A DNA stretch of 64,000 nucleotides, from contig JAIFKS010000046.1 in the NCBI GenBank assembly GCA_020049465.1, forward strand, positions 3,044 through 67,043. Direction: 5' to 3'. Positions 9,616-18,490 of this stretch are shown piece by piece; within the stretch, counting starts at the first letter, position 1, and the number at the start of each line of letters is the position of its first letter. The DNA is from a bacterium (GTDB taxonomy: Bacteria; Krumholzibacteriota; Krumholzibacteriia; LZORAL124-64-63). Position numbers and translations under genes: made by a program. Below the pieces are notes generated by a model. That model made no database searches. It saw only the letters and a list, made by a program, of their open reading frames with translations, and was not told the DNA's origin.

Positions 9616-10785
9616 CTACGACTCCTCGCGCCGCCGGCAACCGCGGCGATGCGACCGGAAGCTGCGGCAGTCGGGGCAGAACCAGCGGACGCGCGGATCG
9701 GCGCGGCCGCACTGGCAGCAGACCCAGTCCACCGGCGGCCGCGGCATCTGCAGCAGTTTCCACACCTGGGCGAACGGGGTTTCCGGATGGTCGCGGACGA
9801 GCATGCGCAGGTACGGAGCCGCCACGTTGGGCGTCAGGTCGGGCTGGCCGGCCTTGGTGCTCAGCACGCGCATCGCCTTGTCGCGCTGGTCGAGCTTCTC
9901 GTAGAGGATCGCCAGGTTGATGGCGAACGAAGGCGGCGCGTTCTCGGCCAGGCAGGCCGTTTCCAGCAGCGGGATCGTGCGCGTGAACTGACCGCCGCGC
10001 AGGAGCGCGTCCTGCAGCATCGGCAGGAAGATGTCCAGCTCTTCGGGATGGTCGAGCAGATTCTCGGCCGCTTCGGTCAAGGCGCCGGCGGCGTCGTCGG
10101 CGCGTGCGGCCAGGATGGCCCGGACCAGCGCCGCGCGGCTGCCGGTTTCGGGCATGTTCTCGACATCGCGCAGTCGGGCTCGCGCCTCGCCCGACTCGCC
10201 GGCCAGCGCGTGGCCGACCGCCCGGTCGAGTTGGAAGCTGGCGTAGGCTTCGCGGAACCAGGGTGCGTCGCGATCCGGCACGTGCCGGGGCGCCTGCTTC
10301 AGCACGCGCGCGGCGTCCGGCAGTTCATTGTCGCCCTGGTGCTGGGCGAACCGCGCGCGCCAATAGCGCTTGTCGCCCAGGGAATGACGCTGCAGGGTGT
10401 CGAGCACCTGCCCCGCCTCGGTGAACTGGTTCAGCGCCAGCAGATCCTCGGTCAGTGCCAGTCCGGAAGCGATCTTCTGTCCCGGAGTCAGTTCGCCGCG
10501 CATCGTCAGGCCGCGGTGCAGGACGACGGCGCGACCGGCATCGCCCAGTTCACGCAGCAGGTTGCCGAGATACAGGAAGGGCTCGAAGGCGTCGGGCTGC
10601 TTCTGCACGACGCGTCGGAGGATGGCCGCGGCTTCGTCCCGCTCGCCCTCGATCCACAACTGGAGCGCCTGCTGGTAATCGTCGGCGTTGACAACCGGGC
10701 GCGGGCGGACCCAGATGCGCCACAGGACGACGGCCGCGGCGACGGCCGCGCTGCCGACGACCAGCCAGGTCAGGAAGTCACTCAA
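9616..10785 (-). CDS. lapB: LPS assembly protein B-like (TM, TPRs, rubredoxin-like domain)
   Basis: N-terminal TM, LGNLLRELGD...HRGL TPR, C-terminal WVCCQCG...WFCPDC; follows lapA. Confidence 0.8.
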   Translation of the reverse strand: MSDFLTWLVVGSAAVAAAVVLWRIWVRPRPVVNADDYQQALQLWIEGERDEAAAILRRVVQKQPDAFEPFLYLGNLLRELGDAGRAVVLHRGLTMRGELTPGQKIASGLALTEDLLALNQFTEAGQVLDTLQRHSLGDKRYWRARFAQHQGDNELPDAARVLKQAPRHVPDRDAPWFREAYASFQLDRAVGHALAGESGEARARLRDVENMPETGSRAALVRAILAARADDAAGALTEAAENLLDHPEELDIFLPMLQDALLRGGQFTRTIPLLETACLAENAPPSFAINLAILYEKLDQRDKAMRVLSTKAGQPDLTPNVAAPYLRMLVRDHPETPFAQVWKLLQMPRPPVDWVCCQCGRADPRVRWFCPDCRSFRSHRRGCRRREES

Positions 10786-11110
10786 GGTCGCCGTCCTTCA
10801 CCATCAGCGCGGCAGTGCCGTCGTCGCGCAACGGTAGCGTGCGCAGGTCGGCCAGCTCGCGGTCCTTGTCGCGGGTCAGCTTGCGCAGGCGTGACATGTC
10901 GCGCTGCAGGCGGATCTCGCGGATCAGCGCCAGAACCAGCGCGGTGCCGAAGCCCAGCATGAAGCTGACGACGACGACCCAGTACATGGACACGCCCAGG
11001 TACGAGGTCCCGAACAGGTTGATATCCACGGACTGTCCGCTGTTGGTCACGAAGAAGTAGACCATCGCGAACAGCAGTACCAGGAAGAGCAACCCTCTGA
11101 CGATCCACAC
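10778..11110 (-). CDS. lapA: LPS assembly protein A-like membrane protein
   Basis: Two TM helices, F..N.Q.V.INLF pattern, coiled-coil tail; directly upstream of lapB. Confidence 0.8.
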   Translation of the reverse strand: MWIVRGLLFLVLLFAMVYFFVTNSGQSVDINLFGTSYLGVSMYWVVVVSFMLGFGTALVLALIREIRLQRDMSRLRKLTRDKDRELADLRTLPLRDDGTAALMVKDGDLE

Positions 11111-11145
11111 GGCGCTACCTCGTTTCGCGGAATCCCCTGTCGGGC

Positions 11146-12555
11146 TCAGCCGGCCCGGCTTTCACCGAAGAACGTCGTCCCTTCCCAGCCCGTCAACCGC
11201 ACTTCCAGCGACGATCCCGCGGCTACTTCCGGCCCGTGGACGATCACCTTGCGGTTGTTCGCGGTCCGCAGGCGCCAGGCGCCGGCGGGTCGGCGGGCCG
11301 GGCCCTCGCACACCGCGGTCACCAGGCCACCGACCAGCGTGTCGGCGGCGGCGGACCAGATCTCCTGCTGCACGGCCATCAACTCGGCCAGCCGCGACTT
11401 CTTGACTTCGAGCGGCACATCGTCGGCCAGGCGGGCCGCCGGGACGCCCGGGCGCTCGCTGTACTTGAAAGAGAAGATCTGATCGTACTGTACCCTGCGA
11501 ACGAGTTCCAGGGTAGCCCGGAAATCGGCGTCCGTCTCCCCCGGGAATCCGACGATGAAATCCGACGAGAACGAGACCCCGGGGATGACCCGGCGGGCGT
11601 AATCGACCATGTCCAGGTAGTCGGCGGCGGTGTACAGGCGTTTCATGCGCCGCAGGACGGTGTCCGAGCCGCTCTGGGCCGGGACGTGCAGCCACGGGCA
11701 CACCTTTTCCAGCCGCCCGATCGTGTCCATCAGGTGCCGGTGCATGTCGTGCGGATGTCCGGTCAGGAAGCGGATGCGCTCCAGCCCGTCGATGGCGGCG
11801 ACCATCTCCAGCAGGCCCGCGAAATCCAGCCGGTCGCCGCAGCGGTAGGCCGTCACGTTCTGGCCCAGCAGCGTCACCTCGCGGCCGCCCTGCGCGACGA
11901 TCGACCGGATCTCCTCGACGATCACCTCGGGCGCCTTCTCGCTCTGCGGGCCGCGGGTCATCGGGACGATGCAGTAGGTGCACTTGTAGTCGCAGCCCTT
12001 GTGGATGGTCACCAGGTGGCTGTTGTTGGTCGGGTACAGCTCGGGCGGGGCCACGTAGTGGGCGTCATGGCGATGCCCGGTGACGGCGCCGCCGCGCGGG
12101 CGGGCGGCGTTCCCGCCGCCGGTCAGCCCCCGCAGCAGACCCGGCAGCGCGTCGTAGTTGTCCACGCCCACGACCAGGTCCACCGCCTTGGCGCCCTTGC
12201 GCAGGTCGTCGCCCAGGCGTTCGGCCATGCATCCGCAGATGCCGATGATCGCCGGGGCCAGGTCGGCCTCCAGACGCCGGTGGCGCAGTTCGCCCACGCG
12301 GCTGATCACCTTGTGCTCGGCGTGTTCGCGCACGCTGCAGGTGTTCAGCAGGACGGCGTCGGCGGCCAGTTCGTTGTCCACCACGCGGAACCCCGCGCCC
12401 TCCAGCAGCCCGCCTATGGCCTGGCTGTCGTAGGTGTTCATCTGGCAGCCGTACGTCTCGATGTAGACGGCCGGGGCCTCCGCACCGTCGGGGCGCGGTG
12501 GTTTCGTGAGGTCAGGCAGCGAATTCTGGAACATCGCCATCTCGGGTATCCTCAA
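11146..12555 (-). CDS. miaB: tRNA-i6A37 methylthiotransferase
   Basis: ETYGCQMNTYDS, NTCSVRE, CDYKCTYC radical-SAM motif, LLGQNV, IVGFPGET, TRAM domain; start TTG 12555 or ATG 12540. Confidence 0.93.
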   Translation of the reverse strand: MRIPEMAMFQNSLPDLTKPPRPDGAEAPAVYIETYGCQMNTYDSQAIGGLLEGAGFRVVDNELAADAVLLNTCSVREHAEHKVISRVGELRHRRLEADLAPAIIGICGCMAERLGDDLRKGAKAVDLVVGVDNYDALPGLLRGLTGGGNAARPRGGAVTGHRHDAHYVAPPELYPTNNSHLVTIHKGCDYKCTYCIVPMTRGPQSEKAPEVIVEEIRSIVAQGGREVTLLGQNVTAYRCGDRLDFAGLLEMVAAIDGLERIRFLTGHPHDMHRHLMDTIGRLEKVCPWLHVPAQSGSDTVLRRMKRLYTAADYLDMVDYARRVIPGVSFSSDFIVGFPGETDADFRATLELVRRVQYDQIFSFKYSERPGVPAARLADDVPLEVKKSRLAELMAVQQEIWSAAADTLVGGLVTAVCEGPARRPAGAWRLRTANNRKVIVHGPEVAAGSSLEVRLTGWEGTTFFGESRAG

Positions 12556-13961
12556 ACGGTCCGGGCGTACAGCCGGCCGTCGCGTTCGTGGTCGATCCGC
12601 ACGGCGACCAGGTCGCCCGGGCGCAGGCCGTCGGCGGGCGCGGCCGGAATCATCACCGTTTCGAAATTGCCGGTCGTGGCCTGGTGGCAGCCGGGCAGGT
12701 CGCTGCCGTTCTCCACGACCGCCTCGAAGACGCCGCCCACGAGCCCGCGGCGGAACGCTTCCCGCTTGCTTCCGGACAGGGCCCTCAGTTCGGCCGCGCG
12801 CCGGGAGCTGGTGGCGCCCGGCACCTGGCCCGGCAGGCGCGTGGCCACGGTGCCCGGTCGCGCCGAATAACGGAAGACGTGAACGTAGCTGAACGGGAAG
12901 TCTTCCACCAGTCGCATGGTGTCTTCGAAATCGGCGTCGGTTTCACCCGGGAAGCCGACAATGAAGTCGGCGCCGATCCCGAAGGCGCGGCCGAGCCCGG
13001 CCACCTTCGCCACCGCCCGCCGCGCGCCGGCGCTCCGGTACGGCCGCTTCATGTTCTTCAGGACACTGTCCGCCCCGCTCTGCAGCGACAGGTGCAGGTG
13101 CGGCCTGAGGCGGGGCTCGGCGGCGTACAGGCCCAGCAGGTCGTCGCCGATCTCGTTCGGGTGCATGCTGCTCAGGCGCAGCCGCAGATCCGGCAGCGCG
13201 TCCAGGCAGCGCCACAGCAGGTCCGGCAGGCGCTCCTTCCCCGCCAGATCGCGCCCCCAGCCGCCCAGTTGCACGCCGGTCAGCACCGCCTCGCGGTAGC
13301 CGCCTTCGCACAGGCGGGCCAGTTGGGCGATGACGTCGTCGGCGGTGCGGGACCGCCCCGGCCCGCGGGCCTGCCAGATCGCGCAGTAGGTGCAGCGGAG
13401 GTCGCAGCCGTCCTGCACCTTGACCACCGCACGGCTGCGGCCGGGGAAGGCGTCGACGAGCGGGGCCGTGAAGGCGGCATTCCCGGCGAAGGGCTCGACC
13501 TGGACACGCGAACCGGCGCCCGAGAGCGCCGCCGGCAGCCAGGCCGCGACGTCGTCCTTCGTCGAGTTGCCCACCACCAGATCGACTTCCGGCAGGCGGG
13601 CCAGCGAATCGGGCTGTGTCTGCGCGTAGCACCCGGCCACCACGACCCGGCAGCCGGGATGGCGCTCCTTGGCCTGGCGCGCCAGCCGGCGGCATTCATG
13701 CTCGGCCTTGGCGGTCACGGTGCAGCTATTCAGGATGTAGAGATCGGCGGGCTCGTCCCAGGTCACCACCCGCAGCGCGCGCTGCTCGGACAGGCGCAGG
13801 CGCAGACTCTCGGTGTCGTACTGGTTGAGCCGGCAGCCGAGGGTGTGGAAGGCCACGCGCAGGACGGCTTCGTACGGGGCCTGCGTCCCGGTGGCGGGCG
13901 CCGGGATCCGCAGCGGCCGTGCGCGCAGCTCCTGCAGGGGTCCGTCCATGCCGTCCTTCAT
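12552..13961 (-). CDS. mtaB: tRNA-t6A37 methylthiotransferase
   Basis: HTLGCRLNQYDT, NSCTVT, KVQDGCDLRCTYC, HVFRYSARPGT; start set at ATG 13961 because the longer ORF runs into a terminator. Confidence 0.88.
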   Translation of the reverse strand: MKDGMDGPLQELRARPLRIPAPATGTQAPYEAVLRVAFHTLGCRLNQYDTESLRLRLSEQRALRVVTWDEPADLYILNSCTVTAKAEHECRRLARQAKERHPGCRVVVAGCYAQTQPDSLARLPEVDLVVGNSTKDDVAAWLPAALSGAGSRVQVEPFAGNAAFTAPLVDAFPGRSRAVVKVQDGCDLRCTYCAIWQARGPGRSRTADDVIAQLARLCEGGYREAVLTGVQLGGWGRDLAGKERLPDLLWRCLDALPDLRLRLSSMHPNEIGDDLLGLYAAEPRLRPHLHLSLQSGADSVLKNMKRPYRSAGARRAVAKVAGLGRAFGIGADFIVGFPGETDADFEDTMRLVEDFPFSYVHVFRYSARPGTVATRLPGQVPGATSSRRAAELRALSGSKREAFRRGLVGGVFEAVVENGSDLPGCHQATTGNFETVMIPAAPADGLRPGDLVAVRIDHERDGRLYARTV

Positions 13962-13996
13962 CGTTTCGGCGCCGCCTTCTGCGGCTGAGCGCCCCC

Positions 13997-14035
13997 GAAA
14001 AATCGGAAAGGGGCGGGGCCTGAACCCCGCCCCTC
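13997..14035 (-). terminator. Intrinsic terminator after rpsA
   Basis: Minus-strand stem AGGGGCGGGG/CCCCGCCCCT followed by TTCCGATTTTT. Confidence 0.7.
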
Positions 14036-14093
14036 GGCGGGCGACCGGGAGAACCGGCCGCAACGTGCGTGAGGGCTGCCGCCCGGGTTCGAC

Positions 14094-16049
14094 CTACTGG
14101 TCGGAAACCGGGTAGTCGACCTCGTCGGCATAGTCGTCATCCACCGCGGACTTCTCCGGAAGCTCGCCGGCAGCCGCCGCGGCCGCTTCGGCCTCGACGA
14201 CGTCCTCGAGCCGCGGGTGCGCCGCGACGAACGCCTCCATGGCCTCGTTGCCGTTTTCCTTCAGACGCTCGGCGATCGACAGCACGATGCGCCGGTTCTC
14301 GACGTCCATCTTGATGACCTTCAGCTCGGCAGCCTCACCCTCGCGGAAGTAGTACTGAGGCTTGTCCAGCTTCGGGATGCCCAGGTGACCCAGGGGCACG
14401 AAGCCCTCGAGGTCGTTGCCCATCTCGATGATGGCGCCGTGGTCGAGCATGCGGCTGACGGTTCCGCTCACGTCGTGGCCCACCGGGAAACGGTCGGCCA
14501 GGTCGGGCCACGGATTGTCCTGCAGCTGCTTGATGCCGAGGCTGATGCGACGCTTGGACGTGTCGATGTCCAGGATCTGCACCTTCACCGAATCGCCGCG
14601 CTTGAGCAGTTCCTTCGGGTGGCGCACACGCCGCGTCCAGCTCATGTCCGAGATGTGGACCAGACCGTCGATGCCCTCTTCGACTTCGACGAAGGCGCCG
14701 AAATCGGTCAGGTTGCGGACCTTGCCCTCGATGGCCGAGCCGACCGGGTAGCGCTCGATCAGGGTCAGCCAGGGGTCGCTCTCGCACTGCTTGAGGCCCA
14801 GGCTGATCTTCTCGTTGGCCTTGTCGGTCTTGAGCACCATCACGTCGACCTCGTCGCCGATCGAAACGACCTTCGACGGGTGCTTGATGTGGCGCGTCCA
14901 GCTCATCTCACTGATGTGGATGAGGCCCTCGACGCCCTTCTCCAGCTCGACGAACGCGCCGTAGTTGGTGATGCTCACCACGCGGCCGCGGACGATGGCC
15001 TGCTCCGGGTAACGCTCTTCGACATGGTCCCACGGATAGGACTGCAGCTGCTTGAGGCCGAGGCTGATGCGCTCGCGCTCCTGCTCGAAGTCCAGGACCT
15101 TGACCTCGATCTCCTGGCCGATGGCCACGACTTCGCTGGGGTGGTTGACACGGCCCCAGCTGAGGTCGGTGATGTGCAGCAGGCCGTCGATGCCGCCGAG
15201 GTCGACGAAGGCGCCGAAATCGGTGATGTTCTTGACGATGCCCTTGCGGACCTGGCCCTTCTGCAGCTCGGAGATCAGGTTCTTCTTCTTCGACTCGCGC
15301 TCCTGCTCGAGAACGATGCGGCGGCTGACCACCACGTTCCGGCGGCGCTTGTTCTTCTTGATGATCCGGCACTGGATCTCTTCGCCGATCATGTCCTCCA
15401 GGTTCGGAACCTGGCGCAGGGCAACCTGGCTGCCCGGCAGGAACGTGTCGACGCCCCACAGCTTCACCACGAGACCGCCCTTGATGCGGCGATCGACCAG
15501 GCCGGTGACGACTTCGCCCGCTTCGTGCGCGACCTTGATCTTGTCCCAGACCTTGAGGAAGTCGGCGCGTTCCTTCGAGAGCACGACGAGGCCGTCGAGG
15601 TTCTCGAGCTTCTCCAGGAAGACATCGAACGTGTCGTTCACGTTGATGGTCGCGTTGCCGAATTCCTCGCGGTTGATGACGCCTTCGCTCTTGAAGCCGA
15701 TGTTCATCAGGACTTCGTTCTCGCGGACCTCGATGACGGTGCCTTTGAGGATCTGGCCCTCCTGGATGTCCGTCAGGGTCTCTTCATAGCTGTTGATCAG
15801 CGCGAGCATGTCGGCGCCGGACAGTTCGTCGAACTTACCGTCGTCGCCGTGGTAGTCCAGATTGACGATCGAATCGGAGTCGTACTCCGTGCTCAGCTTC
15901 GGCGCCGCGGGCGTGCGGAATTCATCGCCGCCGCCGCTGTCGTCCTGGTCGTCATCGTGATTCAGGCTCCCCTTGCCGCGAGGACGGTAAGAAGAATGGC
16001 CCGCCGGGCGACGCGAGTCGTCGGAGCCGGAAGCGGGGTTGAAAGCCAT
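14094..16049 (-). CDS. rpsA: 30S ribosomal protein S1
   Basis: Six S1 repeats (ITDFGAFVDLGGIDGLLHITDLSW and similar); AGGAGG upstream of ATG 16049. Confidence 0.97.
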   Translation of the reverse strand: MAFNPASGSDDSRRPAGHSSYRPRGKGSLNHDDDQDDSGGGDEFRTPAAPKLSTEYDSDSIVNLDYHGDDGKFDELSGADMLALINSYEETLTDIQEGQILKGTVIEVRENEVLMNIGFKSEGVINREEFGNATINVNDTFDVFLEKLENLDGLVVLSKERADFLKVWDKIKVAHEAGEVVTGLVDRRIKGGLVVKLWGVDTFLPGSQVALRQVPNLEDMIGEEIQCRIIKKNKRRRNVVVSRRIVLEQERESKKKNLISELQKGQVRKGIVKNITDFGAFVDLGGIDGLLHITDLSWGRVNHPSEVVAIGQEIEVKVLDFEQERERISLGLKQLQSYPWDHVEERYPEQAIVRGRVVSITNYGAFVELEKGVEGLIHISEMSWTRHIKHPSKVVSIGDEVDVMVLKTDKANEKISLGLKQCESDPWLTLIERYPVGSAIEGKVRNLTDFGAFVEVEEGIDGLVHISDMSWTRRVRHPKELLKRGDSVKVQILDIDTSKRRISLGIKQLQDNPWPDLADRFPVGHDVSGTVSRMLDHGAIIEMGNDLEGFVPLGHLGIPKLDKPQYYFREGEAAELKVIKMDVENRRIVLSIAERLKENGNEAMEAFVAAHPRLEDVVEAEAAAAAAGELPEKSAVDDDYADEVDYPVSDQ

Positions 16050-16109
16050 GAACGGTTGCCTCCTGGTGACAGATTGATGCACCGGACCGAGTGATCCGGC
16101 GAATTCGCT

Positions 16110-16138
16110 AATATATCCGAAGGGGTGCCTCAAGGCAA
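16110..16138 (-). promoter_or_regulatory. sigma-70 promoter of rpsA
   Basis: TTGCCT-17 nt-TATATT. Confidence 0.65.
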
Positions 16139-16157
16139 GGAGATGGCGAGGGTCCGG

Positions 16158-17636
16158 TCAACCGCCGAAGAGCTTGGCCTGCCGGGCCGCAAAACGCCGT
16201 AACTGCTTCTGCCCCAGTTCCTTCTCGAACGGGGTCTCGGGGTGGTTGGCGAAGCTGCGGGCCTGCAGTTCGCACCAGGCCGCCCGGCAGAGCTGCCCGA
16301 TCCGCTCGGAAACGGCGCGCCGGTCCATCTGCGCCAGCAGGTCGTCCACCGCGTGCCAGCGCAGCAGCGGCCCGTGCCACACCTCCAGCGGCGACTCGAG
16401 CGAGCCCCCGCAACGCCGGCCGTAGCCGCCGCGCAGGAACATGGGCAGAACCGGCGCCCGTGTCTCCTGCACCAGGATGCCCAGGCCGCTGCGCACCTGG
16501 CCGGGATGACCGATAGCCTGCCGCGTGCCCTCGGGAAAGATCAGCAGGTTCCCACCGCTCGCCAGTCCGGCCGCGGCCTCGCCGAAGGCGTTCCGGTCGT
16601 ACCCTTTGCGCCGGATCGGGATCGAATCAAGCCAGCGCAGGAAGCGGCCGTTCGGCCAGGCCGGCTGGAACAGCTCCGCCTTGGCCAGCGAAAAAACGCG
16701 CGACCGGCGGAACGTCGCCCCCAGGAGGATCGGATCGATCAGGGCGATGTGGTTGGCGGCCAGGATGCAGCCCGGCGTGACCGGCAGACCCCTGTTGCCG
16801 TAGACCCTCAGCCCGTAGAAGCGGGCGATCGTCTGCATGACCCCATAGGCCAGGCGATACTGGAACGGCAGGGCGACGCGCGCGCTGTGCGGATCGTTGA
16901 CGATGGCGGCGTCGAGCGTCGGGTTGACCAGACAGGCCCGGGCGCACAAGTCGTTCTGCTGCTCGAGGCTCAGCGCGCTGCTGTCGATGACGATCGCGTC
17001 CGGCGAGATCACCAGCGGGCTGGTGGCGCGTTCGCTGTCCTGGCGGTCGCGGTCGGCCAGTTCGGCGGCCAGGGCGACAGGGTCGACTTCGACCCCGCGT
17101 TCGCGAAACTGCAGATGGCGGCGCCGGGCGCGCGCCTCGGGCGTGGCGGTCAGGAAGATCTTGGCCGTCGCCAGCGGGAAGACCACGCTGCCGATGTCGC
17201 GGCCTTCCATGATGACGCCGCCCTTCCGGCCGAGCGCCTGCTGCCGTTCGACCATCAGCCGCCGAACCTCGGGGTGGCTGCTCACCCTGGAGACGGCAGC
17301 CTCGACTTCCGGCGTACGGATGGACCGCGAAACGTCGTGTCCGTCCCACAGCACAGTGGTCTCGCCGCGAGAAGGACGCAGTTCGAGGTTCACCGGACCC
17401 AGGAGCGCCGCCAGCGCCGCTTCGTCCCCGGGCTGGATGCCGGCCGCGAGCGCAGCCTGCGTCAGGGCGCGGTACATGGCGCCCGTGTCGATGTAGAGCA
17501 GCCCGAAACGGTCGGCGAGCGCGCGGGCGGTCGAGGACTTGCCCGAACCGGCGGGGCCGTCGACGGCGATCACGGCATCCGCGGGTAGAACCGTGGGATC
17601 GCCGGGTGGCAGATCAGCAGGATCGTGAAACGCCAT
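16158..17636 (-). CDS. cmk: Cytidylate kinase fused to a PlsC-type acyltransferase
   Basis: IAVDGPAGSGKSS, DTGAMYRA, EGRDIGSVVFP; C-terminal NHIALID and LIFPEGTR acyltransferase motifs. Confidence 0.92.
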   Translation of the reverse strand: MAFHDPADLPPGDPTVLPADAVIAVDGPAGSGKSSTARALADRFGLLYIDTGAMYRALTQAALAAGIQPGDEAALAALLGPVNLELRPSRGETTVLWDGHDVSRSIRTPEVEAAVSRVSSHPEVRRLMVERQQALGRKGGVIMEGRDIGSVVFPLATAKIFLTATPEARARRRHLQFRERGVEVDPVALAAELADRDRQDSERATSPLVISPDAIVIDSSALSLEQQNDLCARACLVNPTLDAAIVNDPHSARVALPFQYRLAYGVMQTIARFYGLRVYGNRGLPVTPGCILAANHIALIDPILLGATFRRSRVFSLAKAELFQPAWPNGRFLRWLDSIPIRRKGYDRNAFGEAAAGLASGGNLLIFPEGTRQAIGHPGQVRSGLGILVQETRAPVLPMFLRGGYGRRCGGSLESPLEVWHGPLLRWHAVDDLLAQMDRRAVSERIGQLCRAAWCELQARSFANHPETPFEKELGQKQLRRFAARQAKLFGG

Positions 17637-17637
17637 C

Positions 17638-18477
17638 TCAGAGGTCCCGGCCCACGGCCCGCGCCACGGCGCGGCACGAGACGGCCAGTTCCCCGAACTG
17701 GGCGGGGTTCAGGCTCTGCACCGCGTCGCTGAGCGCAGCGGTGGGATCGGGATGGGTTTCGACCAGCAGGCCGTCGGCGCCCGCGGCCACGGCCGCGCGT
17801 GCCAGGGCGGCGACGAAACGCGCTTCGCCGGCGGCATGGCTGGGGTCGACGATCACCGGGAAGTGCGTCAGTTCGCGCATCACGGCGACGGAGCCGACAT
17901 CGAGGGTGTTGCGGAGCGACGGCTCGAAGGTGCGGATGCCGCGCTCGCAAAACACGACCTGGCGACCGCCGGCGGCCAGCACGTGCTCGGCCGCGTGGAG
18001 CCACTCGGCCACCGTGGTCATCATTCCCCGCTTGAGGAGCACGGGGCGACCGCTGCGGCCCGCCTCGCGCAGCAGCGGGAAATTCTGCACGCTGCGGCTG
18101 CCGATCTGCAGCATGTCGGCTTTCCCGGCGACCAGCTCCACATCGCGCGGGTCCAGCACTTCGGTCACGAACGGCAGCCCGGTCGCTTCGCGGGCTTCCA
18201 CCAGATGCTCCAGACCTTCGACGCCCAGCCCCTGGAAATCGTACGGGCTCGTACGCGGCTTCCAGGCGCCGCCGCGCAGCATGACGCCGCCGGCCTCGCG
18301 CACGGCGCGGGCGGCGCGCGTGACCTGGTCGCGGCCCTCGACGGCGCAGGGGCCGCCGATCAGCACCACGCGGGGCCCACCGAAGGCCACCGATCCGATC
18401 TGGACGATGGTCGTCGCCTGGCCCGGCTGGCGGGCGGTGAGCGGGTGCGCGCCGGTGATGCGCAGTTCTTCCATCAC
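17638..18477 (-). CDS. aroF: Type I-beta DAHP synthase (catalytic barrel only)
   Basis: GGPCAVE, GGAWKPRTSPYDFQGLG, LLKRG, CERGIRTF, DPSHA, ETHPDP..ALSD. Confidence 0.9.
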   Translation of the reverse strand: MMEELRITGAHPLTARQPGQATTIVQIGSVAFGGPRVVLIGGPCAVEGRDQVTRAARAVREAGGVMLRGGAWKPRTSPYDFQGLGVEGLEHLVEAREATGLPFVTEVLDPRDVELVAGKADMLQIGSRSVQNFPLLREAGRSGRPVLLKRGMMTTVAEWLHAAEHVLAAGGRQVVFCERGIRTFEPSLRNTLDVGSVAVMRELTHFPVIVDPSHAAGEARFVAALARAAVAAGADGLLVETHPDPTAALSDAVQSLNPAQFGELAVSCRAVARAVGRDL

Positions 18478-18490
18478 GACAAATCAACCA

